Assembly: GCA_049976425.1 (NCBI GenBank)
Contig: JBMFIG010000001.1
Span: 64,001-128,000, forward strand
Source: Thermoproteus sp.
Lineage (GTDB): Archaea; Thermoproteota; Thermoprotei; Thermoproteales; Thermoproteaceae
Direction: 5' to 3'
DNA: 64,000 bases
Shown: positions 1-9,208 of the stretch, piece by piece
Layout: every line of letters begins with the position of its first letter
Position numbering within the stretch: position 1 is the stretch's first letter
Program-made: the position numbers and the translations under genes
The notes under the pieces: generated by a model
What the model was told of the DNA's origin: nothing
The model's database searches: none
The model's input: only the letters and a program-made list of their open reading frames with translations

Positions 1-2
1 GC

Positions 3-200
3 GAATTCGGCGACCCGCCGTACGTGGGACCTGTAGGCGTCATGTGGCTGGCGGTAACCCGCGGGATAGAAGCCGCCGGCCCCTCCGCCGTTAAGTGCGC
101 CCATGCCGGCAACTGCAGAGAGGTATGTCCTATGAAGATAAATATACCAGAAATTATACATTATATAAAGTCGAGTTACCTAAGCAAGAAAACTAAATAA
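3..200 (+). CDS. 3' end of LutB/YkgF-like Fe-S lactate utilization protein (partial; starts before window)
   Basis: Frame from position 3 reads ...PYVGPVG...KCAHAGNCREVCPMKINIPEIIHYIK...KTK*, matching the LutB YxGPxG plus ferredoxin CxxxxxCxxxCP-x-x-I-x-I-P tail; TAA at 198-200; not in the ORF track. Confidence 0.7.
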   Translation, partial: EFGDPPYVGPVGVMWLAVTRGIEAAGPSAVKCAHAGNCREVCPMKINIPEIIHYIKSSYLSKKTK

Positions 201-258
201 GTCTAGAGAAGACAAATCGTCGGCGGAGTGTTTAAATATAGGGGAGCTAAGGAGGTAT

Positions 259-678
259 ATGGTAGGCGAGATCTCTATAGAGCAGGCGATTCTTTTAGGC
301 ATCATCGTGGTCATAGCAGTCGCGGTCGGCTGGTACATGTACACGACGTTTATAGCGTCGGTCCAGTCCGGCAGCAAGATACTCATATCGCAGGCGACGA
401 TAGACCCCTCGGGCAACCTACAGCTGGTGCTCTCCAATACAGGTCCGGCGTCTGTTGCGGTCATAATAGGGGTCTATATCGGCAACACGCCCTGCACCCC
501 TACGTCGGCCACAGGTCCTGCGAGCATCAGCGGTACTAAAGTATCCGTGAGCACCGGCGGCGCGGCAACTCTGACCTACAGCTGTAAGGGCTTCTCCGGA
601 GTGCCCGGCACAACGGCACAAGGATACCTGGTGCTCTCGACAGGCGCTACGTTTCCTTTCACCGCCTCAGTGACCTAG
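259..678 (+). CDS. Archaeal type IV pilin (Pyrobaculum-type)
   Basis: N-terminal helix ISIEQAILLGIIVVIAVAVGWYMYTTF and C-terminal G-x-LVLSTGATFPFTASV resemble the Pyrobaculum pilin; TATA TTTAAATA at 231-238 and GGAGG upstream. Confidence 0.8.
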   Translation: MVGEISIEQAILLGIIVVIAVAVGWYMYTTFIASVQSGSKILISQATIDPSGNLQLVLSNTGPASVAVIIGVYIGNTPCTPTSATGPASISGTKVSVSTGGAATLTYSCKGFSGVPGTTAQGYLVLSTGATFPFTASVT

Positions 679-683
679 CCCTT

Positions 684-1088
684 TTAGCTTGAATGCGAGA
701 ATTTCTTGGCCGAACCGCGCGCCGCCTCGACTATCTCAAGGGCAAGCGGCATATAATCGGCGAGCTCGCCTAACGTGCCTTTTTCAATCTTCAGTTTGCC
801 CAGAGGCACGGCCGCAAAGGGCGACAGTCTGCCTTCCATTATCCCTAGGAGGTCTTCGTACCTAGCCGAGAGCGTGTACCTAGAGATTATCTTCCCCTGG
901 AGCAGTCTCGCCTCTATACAACGCCCGTCCTCGAACCTGAAGTAGAGAGTTATGTGGCCGCTGGGTTCCCAAGGCACCTCGGTCGCCACTATGGAGAGCT
1001 CCGGCGGGGCTTTTTCTGCAGATATGCTTCTGCAGACCTCGGCCAGCCAATCCTGGGTTGGCCTAAACGCCGAGCTGTTTGAGGGCAT
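684..1088 (-). CDS. SCP2 sterol/lipid-binding domain protein
   Basis: GRLSPFAAVPLGKLKIEKG matches the SCP2 G-L-P..A...GKLKI.G motif. Confidence 0.7.
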   Translation of the reverse strand: MPSNSSAFRPTQDWLAEVCRSISAEKAPPELSIVATEVPWEPSGHITLYFRFEDGRCIEARLLQGKIISRYTLSARYEDLLGIMEGRLSPFAAVPLGKLKIEKGTLGELADYMPLALEIVEAARGSAKKFSHSS

Positions 1089-2226
1089 ATCTGGCGGCCT
1101 CCTCGGCGTTCTCGGCCTTCACGACGGCCATGAAGCCGGATTGGTGTTTGAAGATCACCGCGTCTCCTGACAGCTTCCTGAAGTCTATCCTGTCCTTATG
1201 TCTGTCGGGCCTCCAGAGGGAGTAGGCGCCCGGATTTCTGACGTCCTTGACCACGACTATGACCGGCTCGTCCTCCCTCAACAGAGAGAGGTCCAGCAAC
1301 GCGTTCCAGAGAGCTGTCGGCGGGACGTTGTCGTCGACCGCCACGGCCCTTATGCCGCCCTCGACTACGGCATAGCGCCTGCCCTCGACGGTCCTTATGG
1401 CTCTTATACTGTCGTCGAAGTATTTGGCCAAGCCCTTGGCGACATACTCGGCGAGCTGGGGCACGGCCAGCACGGCGTGCGCGGCGAAGTCGACGCCGAA
1501 ACCCACCTTTTGGGCCTCTTGGCTCAACGAGGTCGAGACCACGTCGTTGGCCGCCTGTCTCATGAGCCTCAGCTGGGCCAGAGTCCTCGGGAACCTCTCG
1601 GCGTCTACGTCTATGGACTGCGCTATGGAGTAGGCTTTGGAATAGTCGGAGAAGTCCTCCACGTCGAAGTCGGCGACTGCGGCCTCGGCCACCAGCTCGA
1701 GGAACTTGACGTCGTCGTATTTCCCCCTTGACGTCATCCCGAAGTAGGCGGATAGCCCTTGGTTGAGAGACGCGCCGTAGATCCCAAGCCACTTCTTGGC
1801 CGCTATGGCGCCGAACCTATCCACCAAATCGGCCGCCGTAAACAACATGGATACGCGGGGCCTAGGCCTCATCCCCAAGGCCTCGACGGTCTGCATAAGG
1901 GACGACGGGAGCTCGACGTACTCCGGCTCGCCGTTTGGGGCATGGTGGTCAAGCACGGCGACAGCGCCGGCGGACTTGAGCTGGTCGTAGTGCCTATAGC
2001 CTACATCTGCGTATATGACCGGCATCCCCCCGCGGGCTATCTCTAACAGTTCGTCGGCCTGGCCCAGTCTGTAGACCTCCTCCGCACCAGCTCTGTACAA
2101 CAACGCCGCCGCTATGGTGTCGTCTGCATGCGCTGTGCCGTTGTGGACCACCACTCTAAAACGGCGGCTCGCGATTATTGTCCTAGCCGTCTCGACCTCC
2201 CTCCGGTACCTCTCTATTATGTCCAC
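1063..2226 (-). CDS. MYG1/UPF0160-like DHH-superfamily metal-dependent hydrolase/exonuclease
   Basis: HNGTAHADD (motif I), DVG, LDHH, and C-terminal IFKHQSGFMA, all in MYG1 order. Confidence 0.65.
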   Translation of the reverse strand: MDIIERYRREVETARTIIASRRFRVVVHNGTAHADDTIAAALLYRAGAEEVYRLGQADELLEIARGGMPVIYADVGYRHYDQLKSAGAVAVLDHHAPNGEPEYVELPSSLMQTVEALGMRPRPRVSMLFTAADLVDRFGAIAAKKWLGIYGASLNQGLSAYFGMTSRGKYDDVKFLELVAEAAVADFDVEDFSDYSKAYSIAQSIDVDAERFPRTLAQLRLMRQAANDVVSTSLSQEAQKVGFGVDFAAHAVLAVPQLAEYVAKGLAKYFDDSIRAIRTVEGRRYAVVEGGIRAVAVDDNVPPTALWNALLDLSLLREDEPVIVVVKDVRNPGAYSLWRPDRHKDRIDFRKLSGDAVIFKHQSGFMAVVKAENAEEAARYALKQLGV

Positions 2227-2246
2227 GCGCTAAAACGGCCCTATAT

Positions 2247-2549
2247 TTAAGTCTCCTCGATCCCGAACGTCTGCATCTTCTTTAACTCCTCGAGCACCTC
2301 CCCCAGCCTAGCCATTACGTCTAGGTGGTTCTGTTTGATGACTGGGGGCAACTCGTTGAGCCTCTGGATGCCTCTGGCCAGCTCATCCAGGGAGTTCCTG
2401 ATGTCGTCGAGCTTGGCTGAGATCAGATAGAGAGAGGCTATGAGGAGCTCGTCGGCGCTTACCTTCTTGTTCTTGTTCAGCTTGTCGATGACGGGGGTAG
2501 CCGCGCTCCTTACAAGAGCATCGAGCTTGGCCCGCAACGCCTCGTCCAT
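2247..2549 (-). CDS. Hypothetical coiled-coil protein (paREP15-like N-terminus possible)
   Basis: 100-aa ORF with heptad pattern, typical codon usage and upstream TATA. Confidence 0.5.
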   Translation of the reverse strand: MDEALRAKLDALVRSAATPVIDKLNKNKKVSADELLIASLYLISAKLDDIRNSLDELARGIQRLNELPPVIKQNHLDVMARLGEVLEELKKMQTFGIEET

Positions 2550-2611
2550 AGGATGTTACTTCAGTTGAAATTTATAACCATTCACTATTTTAGGCGGTAT
2601 GCGTACCGCGG

Positions 2612-3361
2612 TTACCTGACATCTAGCTCCACGCGGCGCCTCAACACGTCGATGACATCTCTCCTGATAGGTCCCTTGAGGCTTTTCCTGTAGATCACGA
2701 CTTTCTTAGGCGCTACTACGTGTTTGGCGAGGGCCCTCAGCGCCAGATCGGCCGTCGCCACGTCCTTGTGTATTATATGGCCGACGTCCATCGCGCCGTT
2801 TAGGACCTCGGAGGTGAGGAGGGAGTAGTGGAGATCGCCCACCGACATGACGGGCTGGGCCTCGGCCCTATCGCCGAACTGTGGGAGCTCTCCGAGTGCA
2901 GACGCCAGGGCCCTCAAGGCCCTTGGATCTCCCCATTCCCTCTCGGTGCTCCCTACCTCTATAAAGGTCACGCTTATCTCCTCTGTGTTGGGCGCGTGGT
3001 GCGTGGCCTCCAGAGCGCAGTCGAAGCCCTCCGGCTTTTCCGAACAGATCCTCCTGAAGAGCCAGGACTTGAGCGAGGCGTGCGCCACCGAGAGCGACGG
3101 GGCGACGCCCGGCGTGTGGGCGGTCAGCATAGGCCTCGGCCTCGCCATCTCGTGGCGAGACGGCACCACCAGATGCGACACGCCCAGCCTCCTCAGCTCG
3201 TCTTCGGGAGGCGGCTCGACGGAATCCCCGTCGTAGAACAACACGAGCAAGTCCCCCAACCTCGCCGTCGATAGGTAGGAGGCGCCGGGAGATCCGGCCA
3301 GCCCGAGCTCCCTCGCCACGCCCTTGGCGACGGGATCTCTGGATATGGCTACTGCTATCAC
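2612..3361 (-). CDS. dtdA: D-aminoacyl-tRNA deacylase (archaeal DTD2)
   Basis: SRH...PMLTAHTPG, EATHHAP and TFIEVGSTEREW motifs. Confidence 0.85.
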   Translation of the reverse strand: MIAVAISRDPVAKGVARELGLAGSPGASYLSTARLGDLLVLFYDGDSVEPPPEDELRRLGVSHLVVPSRHEMARPRPMLTAHTPGVAPSLSVAHASLKSWLFRRICSEKPEGFDCALEATHHAPNTEEISVTFIEVGSTEREWGDPRALRALASALGELPQFGDRAEAQPVMSVGDLHYSLLTSEVLNGAMDVGHIIHKDVATADLALRALAKHVVAPKKVVIYRKSLKGPIRRDVIDVLRRRVELDVR

Positions 3362-4329
3362 GGGGTCAAGACGGCTCTCCCTAGCACTCTACCCGCCTCC
3401 ATGTCCTCGTGCGCCTTCACGGCCTCGGAGAGCTTGTACTCGGTGTATACCGGGGCGATCAAGCCTCGCCTCAGGAGATCCAAGCCCTCGTAGACGTCCC
3501 ACGGCTTGTAGGCCATGTGGCCCAAGACGGCTATCTGCCTCAATATTATGAGGGCTGGGCTGAGGTACGCCCTCTCGCCGGTCACGTTTCCTATGAGGAC
3601 CACCACGCCGTTTCTTTTGGCAAGCCTTATGGAGGTCTCTATAGTGGGCGAGCCTGCCGTGTCGAAGACAACGTCGAAGTCCTTCATGCCTTCCTGGTAT
3701 ATCCCTATGCCGAGAGAGACGTATGCCTTAGCCTTGTCGGCCGACCTAGTGGATATGTATACCTCGGCTCCTCTGAGCTTGGCCACTTGGGCCAGATAGA
3801 GCCCGGTCCCCCCGCCGCCGACTACCAAGACCTTTCTGCCGTCGACGTCTACCCTTCTGACCGCGGCTATGGCCGTCGGTATCACGTCGGTGGCCAGCAC
3901 CGCGGCGCGGGGATCGACGCCGTGGAACGGATAGACGAAGTTGGAGGGGAGCACCACGTACTCCGAGTACGTCCCGTCTCTATGCTCGCCCAAATACTGC
4001 GCGTTTCTGCAGAGGTTCTCGAGGCCTCTCCGGCAATAGTCGCAAGTCCCGTCGTACATGGCGGGGGCCACAAACACCCTCTGTCCCACAAGATCCCTAT
4101 CGACGCCCGGCCCCACGTCCACGACCTTGCCGACGCCCTCGTGGCCTGGTATCACGGGGAGCCTCACGTGTGGAAAGGCCCCCTTCCGCACGACGAGATC
4201 CCTCCCGCAGACGCCCGCGGCCTCTACCTTCACCAACACCTCCCCCTTGCCGGGCCTCGGATCCTCGAGGTCCTCCAGCCGCAACGCCTCAGAAGGCTTG
4301 CCGAACCTAACAAGCCTAACGGCTCTCAT
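3358..4329 (-). CDS. Zn-dependent alcohol dehydrogenase (MDR family)
   Basis: GVCGRD, PGHEGVG, structural Zn DGTCDYC...C, Rossmann VGGGGTG. Confidence 0.9.
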   Translation of the reverse strand: MRAVRLVRFGKPSEALRLEDLEDPRPGKGEVLVKVEAAGVCGRDLVVRKGAFPHVRLPVIPGHEGVGKVVDVGPGVDRDLVGQRVFVAPAMYDGTCDYCRRGLENLCRNAQYLGEHRDGTYSEYVVLPSNFVYPFHGVDPRAAVLATDVIPTAIAAVRRVDVDGRKVLVVGGGGTGLYLAQVAKLRGAEVYISTRSADKAKAYVSLGIGIYQEGMKDFDVVFDTAGSPTIETSIRLAKRNGVVVLIGNVTGERAYLSPALIILRQIAVLGHMAYKPWDVYEGLDLLRRGLIAPVYTEYKLSEAVKAHEDMEAGRVLGRAVLTP

Positions 4330-5278
4330 ATCGCGCGCCGGAGCCGTTACAGGTACAGCTCCTCTCGGCCTTGGCTCTGGCGAGGGCCTCGGAGGGCGGC
4401 AAGCCCTCGGCCACGTACTTCTCGAAGTCGTACTCTGTCGTGTACCCCATTATCCTCAACTCCAGAGCCGCTTTTAATATATTCCAGTCGTGCTTGTAGA
4501 TCAAGGCCGCTATCTCGTTAATCGCGATGACGGCGCTTGGCTTGAAACGGAGAAAGACGGGCGTGAACACGTCGATGTACGCGCTTCTCGAACCGCCCCT
4601 GATGGCGACCTCGCCGAACTCGCCTCTAAGGGCCCTTAGTATATTCCGGGAAGCCTCGGTGACGCATTTAGAGGTGAGCTCGGCGAGGATTCCGGAGTCG
4701 GAGGGGTCTAAGGCGTAGTATCCCAGAAAGCCGCCGTTGGCCAAAACAGTAGAAACCCGGTTGACCAAATAGTCTCTGCTCAGCTCCCCGTCGGCGCCGA
4801 GGCCCACGACGGCGACCTCCACATCGACGCCGAGGTCCTCGGCCCTCTTCAACACGGCGAGCGAGTACGAGTCGGCCAGCGGCGAGTGTAGCTCGGGCTC
4901 GCAACCGCAGGCAAGCACGTCGCCGCCCACGTCGACCCCCGTTATCTTGTCGAACCTAGACGCCAGAGCCTCGGCGACGAGGCTTGGAGGCGCGTCGGGC
5001 GAGATCGCATATACCCGCCGCCCTAATACGGGCGACACGCAGGCGCCCTGCGGCGTTATTGTCCTGCCGCGCCTGACCGCGCGGGCATCGGGCCCTATGA
5101 GGAATAGAGGGTTGTCGCCCTCGGCGCCGAGGAAATCCTTGCGGAGGAGGGGCCCCGGCTCTGGGTCGACGACGTAGCGCTCCCAGGGCAACAGCCCGGC
5201 CTCAGCCCCCAGCTTAACTGCCAGGACAGCTGCGCTTACGATATCCCCTCCGCCGCCTATGGCGAGGACAAGCCTCAT
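4316..5278 (-). CDS. DUF1152 family protein
   Basis: GGGGDIVSA, VDVGGDVLA.G.E..L.SPLADS, G.GADGEL motifs. Confidence 0.8.
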   Translation of the reverse strand: MRLVLAIGGGGDIVSAAVLAVKLGAEAGLLPWERYVVDPEPGPLLRKDFLGAEGDNPLFLIGPDARAVRRGRTITPQGACVSPVLGRRVYAISPDAPPSLVAEALASRFDKITGVDVGGDVLACGCEPELHSPLADSYSLAVLKRAEDLGVDVEVAVVGLGADGELSRDYLVNRVSTVLANGGFLGYYALDPSDSGILAELTSKCVTEASRNILRALRGEFGEVAIRGGSRSAYIDVFTPVFLRFKPSAVIAINEIAALIYKHDWNILKAALELRIMGYTTEYDFEKYVAEGLPPSEALARAKAERSCTCNGSGARYESR

Positions 5279-6468
5279 CTAAGCCCTCTGAGGAGCTCCA
5301 CGTAGGCCTTGGCCACGTCGACGACTTGCCCGATCTCCACGTACTCGTCGGGCGCGTGCGCGGTGAACTCGGGCCCGGGCCCGTAAGTCACTGTGGGTAT
5401 GCCGCGCCTTATGAAGAACCTGGCGTCTAGGCCGCCGATACACACCGTCTTCCTCGGAGGCCTCCCAAGCGCCTTCGCCACGGCCCCCTCGAGCGCCCTC
5501 GTCAGCGGGTGGTCCGGCGGCACCACCGCGGCCTCGGATTGGTTTATCACCTTCACCTCGACCCTGTGGTCCAGCCCCGCCGCGGCGCTCTTTATGAACT
5601 CCTCCACCTCCTTCTTGACCTCCTCGACGGTCTCCTCCGGTATTAGGCGTCTGTCGAGCGTGAAGGCGAAGTAGCCGGGGACCACGTTGGCCTTGACGGA
5701 TCCCCTCACCTCGCCCCCCATGGTGAGGGTGGGCACGGCGCCTCTGGGATCCTCGAACTCGTACCTGCTCCGCTTGGCGGAGAGCCTCGGGATATAGCTC
5801 TCCAAGATCTTGTTAGCTATCTTCACGGCGCCCTCGAAGGCGTTGAGCCCCAGCCACGGCGTCGAGCCGTGGACCTGTTTACCGTAGACCTCTACCAAGA
5901 ACCAGACGAGGCCTCTATGGCCTATCCAGATGTTGTCTACGCCCGAGCCCTCTGCTATGATCACCCAAGGCGCCTTGACCTTGCCCGATTCGGCCAGATA
6001 GCCGGCCCCCGACTCGCCGCCTATCTCCTCGTCGGGCACGAACGACACCTCGAAGTTCTTCAACCCCTCCCTTATCGCCACTTCGGCGGCTAGGGCTATC
6101 GCGGTCAATCCCCCCTTCATGTCCACGGCGCCCCTCCCGTACAGCCTCCCGTTGACGTAGCGGGGCTCAAAGGGCTTGGTGACGGTCCAGGCGGGCTCGG
6201 GGCCCGGGGGCACCACGTCGTAGTGGCCGTTGAAGTGCACCTTGGGCTCGCCTATTCTGGCGAGGAGGATATATCTTGGATAGTCGACGCATTCGGGACA
6301 GGCTCTAGCCACGACGGGCTTAGGCACCTCTATCACCTCGACGTCCATGCCGAGCCCCTTGAAGTACCTCTCGGCGAAATCGACAAAGTCCTTGTACCTC
6401 TCCCCGGGCGGGTTTATAGTCGGTATCCTGACCATTTGGGACAGCAGTTCGACGGCTTTGTTCTCCAT
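5275..6468 (-). CDS. M20 family metallopeptidase/deacylase (ArgE/DapE-like)
   Basis: NGHYDVVP, GRGAVDMKGG, DEEIGG, AHAPDE motifs. Confidence 0.9.
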   Translation of the reverse strand: MENKAVELLSQMVRIPTINPPGERYKDFVDFAERYFKGLGMDVEVIEVPKPVVARACPECVDYPRYILLARIGEPKVHFNGHYDVVPPGPEPAWTVTKPFEPRYVNGRLYGRGAVDMKGGLTAIALAAEVAIREGLKNFEVSFVPDEEIGGESGAGYLAESGKVKAPWVIIAEGSGVDNIWIGHRGLVWFLVEVYGKQVHGSTPWLGLNAFEGAVKIANKILESYIPRLSAKRSRYEFEDPRGAVPTLTMGGEVRGSVKANVVPGYFAFTLDRRLIPEETVEEVKKEVEEFIKSAAAGLDHRVEVKVINQSEAAVVPPDHPLTRALEGAVAKALGRPPRKTVCIGGLDARFFIRRGIPTVTYGPGPEFTAHAPDEYVEIGQVVDVAKAYVELLRGLR

Positions 6469-6613
6469 ACAGCTGGCCTAGCAACTATTATTAATCAATA
6501 ACCCCCTGCTTTCGCAAAATAGATAGCCCGACCACGTTGCAAGCCGGCGGGCAACGGCGGTGTTTTAATTGCAAGTGAAGCGATTTCGCCATTTTCGTAA
6601 TTCTATTTTTAAT

Positions 6614-7981
6614 ATGAAGAAAAGGATCAGTGTGGATACGAGAATCTGGATAGCGGTTGTCGCCTTAATTGTTGTATTGTTCTTTGCGATAGCCGTTAAA
6701 GTACAACGACCGGCCAATGCTCCGACCGCAAACTGGGCTTTAAAACAGGCAGAAACCAGCGGAGTCCCCACGCCCCGCGTATGTATAATAGGTTTCCCCA
6801 ACTCATCTTATATCGGAGCGCTTGTGAAGGGACTAAGGGAAATCAACATATCGTATGTTATCGGCGAGGCCAATCCGATCTGCGATATATTGGTTGTCCA
6901 AGATAGCCTAGCCCTGTCGAGTGGAATGTTAGGCTTCCTCAAGAGCGGCAAGCCGGTTGTCGTCGCCGGTCCTCATGCATCTAAAGCCTTGTTGGATGCG
7001 GCTGAGAGCTATATAGCCCAACACGCGGCGGTGTTGATCGTGGGCGACGTGGGTCCAGACAAGACAGCACGGTTGCTATTACCTTCGGACGCCTCGGCGA
7101 TAGGGCTCTTCATGTTGCCTAGCCGTAATTCAACCAGGTACATCACGGGTTGGGACATATTCGCAGATATGCCGCTGGAGAGCATGGCATACGCCGTGTT
7201 GCGTACATGGATAGACTACTATCACACGATCGTAACGCCCAGGAGCACATACGCCTTCGATATACTGAATCTACAGACAGTAACATTGCCGACTGGCTCG
7301 TCGGCGACAAGCGTGACCGTACAAATAACCGGCTTAAACTACGTAGGATATGTAGGTTGGTACCAATCTAACTTTACAGATTGGTATGGCAATCTTGGCG
7401 GCCAACAGTGGTTACAGATAGACTTCTACTATACCTACCAGTCTTACCCCACCTACTGGTGGTTTGTAAATGTAATAAAGCACTACGTAGAGGCTTATCC
7501 TGTGCTGGTGAGCCTCGGCTTTACGCCGTACGAGGCTACCGAAACAGTTAATATGTACACAAATCAATGGCCTGGACAAGTTTACTGGGATGGAGCTCCT
7601 ATAAACCCTGGATCAATTCTCCCAAATCCGACTATATATCAACTATCCGTCGGTCCCCCAGGCGCTCAAGTATCGGTGACGGAGTCGGTATACCGAGGAC
7701 AGATAAGCTGGGGCACCACCGGCAATCCTGCGGCAAGCATCATGACGTGGATGTGGACATTTAGCAACGCTAGTCTAGGCTATAGCTACGAGGTCGTGCC
7801 TATCAGCGTCGTACTGCTCGACCCTAACAAGCTTGGTGGAGTCCCTCCGGCGGTGGAGTCGTTTAGCACTACTGCATACTTCTGTAATGTCTTCTACTGC
7901 GGAAACGCGGCGCCAACTATAAGTCTAAAGGTTCTAGTATATACTACAAGTGCACAAGTAGTATCGACATCGACAAGCTAA
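6614..7981 (+). CDS. Secreted/membrane-anchored hypothetical protein, AT-richer than flanks
   Basis: ATG at 6614 (MKKRIS...), N-terminal hydrophobic helix, aromatic/beta-rich C-terminal half, atypical codon usage. Confidence 0.7.
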   Translation: MKKRISVDTRIWIAVVALIVVLFFAIAVKVQRPANAPTANWALKQAETSGVPTPRVCIIGFPNSSYIGALVKGLREINISYVIGEANPICDILVVQDSLALSSGMLGFLKSGKPVVVAGPHASKALLDAAESYIAQHAAVLIVGDVGPDKTARLLLPSDASAIGLFMLPSRNSTRYITGWDIFADMPLESMAYAVLRTWIDYYHTIVTPRSTYAFDILNLQTVTLPTGSSATSVTVQITGLNYVGYVGWYQSNFTDWYGNLGGQQWLQIDFYYTYQSYPTYWWFVNVIKHYVEAYPVLVSLGFTPYEATETVNMYTNQWPGQVYWDGAPINPGSILPNPTIYQLSVGPPGAQVSVTESVYRGQISWGTTGNPAASIMTWMWTFSNASLGYSYEVVPISVVLLDPNKLGGVPPAVESFSTTAYFCNVFYCGNAAPTISLKVLVYTTSAQVVSTSTS

Positions 7982-8074
7982 CATTTAATAATATTTATTT
8001 TGATATAATATTTAGAATAGGAGCATATGTATTACTGAGGCTTTTCTGCCAGCTACTGGGAGGTTTAGGAGGTC

Positions 8075-9208
8075 TCAGCGCCGGGCGCAGTACGGCTTGA
8101 TGTACTTAAACACGTCGCTCAGCCTCGGCCTGTCCTTATAGACGACGACGTAATGAGGGAGGTCCTTCCAAGTGGCTAGGGCCAGCCTCTCGTCGACTAG
8201 GACGAGTAGCGGTATCTTGGCCGCCGCCAGCTTCTCGTACTTTCTGGCTATGTAGTCGGGGGTCCAGAAGCCCACTATCTCGACGTAGAGATCGCCTATC
8301 TTGAAGTCCGGTATGAAGACTCTGTTGCCCACCACCAGAGCCTCCGGCTCCCTCTGCACCGCGCACAGCCTGGAGACGTTTCTGTAGAACTCCTCCTCCG
8401 CGGTGCTGTCGAACTGCGGCGGCTCTATATCCCTATGCGCCAGTCTGGGGGCGCTGGACTTGGCCTCGACGAATTTATAGACCTTGCCGTATAGGCCTAT
8501 GTCGGCCTCTATACGCCAGTCGTCGGCCGAGATGACGTATGGTACGAGCTTGGCGAGCCTGGTCCCGTAGCGCTCGGTCTGCTTGATCGCGGAGACCGGC
8601 CCGTCTATATCGAGCCTTATCCCGTCCCCGGCGCGCTCGGCGACGTACATCAAGCCGAGGCCCTTAAGCGCCCTCACGAGCTCCTTCACGCGGGCCCCGT
8701 CGGCGACGACGTATGCCGCCATGCGCCTAGATCTGAACAGGAGCGTCTGCATCAACGACGTGTTGTACAACGCGGCCAGCTCCTCGGCGGATATGTCGGG
8801 CCCCCGTACTATAACCCGCTCGTCCTCGTGTATCTTGGCGAGCGCGGCCTCGACCGCCTCGGGGGATATCTTGAGGCGCGAGGCAACGGCCTCTACGACC
8901 CGCCTCCTCCCCTCCTCGTCGACCACCGGATATGCCTTAGCCGCCTCGCGGAAGACCTCGAGCCTGATCTTGGTCAAGAGCCTTCTGTCGACCTCCTCGA
9001 GCGCTATCGTCCTCTCGACTATGTGGGCCAGCCCTCTGGCGAGCTTCGGCTCAAACGGCGCGTCCTCCACCTTGGCTCTAGCCTCCGCGAGCCTCATGCC
9101 GGGCTTGTACGCGCCGAGCACGTACTCGGCAGGCCACAGCTCTCTCAAATACCTCGGCGTCACCCGATCACCCCGTCTGCTAGCCCTCAGCAACTCCAGC
9201 GGTATCAC
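8075..9208 (-). CDS. bax1: Bax1 / DUF790 PD-(D/E)xK endonuclease
   Basis: FDSTAEEEF, FIPDF, VEIVGFWTPDY, DGPVS...TERYG; overlaps the XPB stop. Confidence 0.9.
   Translation of the reverse strand: MIPLELLRASRRGDRVTPRYLRELWPAEYVLGAYKPGMRLAEARAKVEDAPFEPKLARGLAHIVERTIALEEVDRRLLTKIRLEVFREAAKAYPVVDEEGRRRVVEAVASRLKISPEAVEAALAKIHEDERVIVRGPDISAEELAALYNTSLMQTLLFRSRRMAAYVVADGARVKELVRALKGLGLMYVAERAGDGIRLDIDGPVSAIKQTERYGTRLAKLVPYVISADDWRIEADIGLYGKVYKFVEAKSSAPRLAHRDIEPPQFDSTAEEEFYRNVSRLCAVQREPEALVVGNRVFIPDFKIGDLYVEIVGFWTPDYIARKYEKLAAAKIPLLVLVDERLALATWKDLPHYVVVYKDRPRLSDVFKYIKPYCARR

Noticed and set aside
2556-2580. TTCAGTTGAAA inverted repeat resembling a mini-ORB origin box
   Set aside because: Single copy in a tiny promoter region, no cdc6/whiP nearby and no unwinding element; more likely promoter or operator sequence
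3409-4521. 370-aa plus-strand ORF
   Set aside because: Antisense shadow of the ADH/DUF1152 genes, typical of high GC; no motifs
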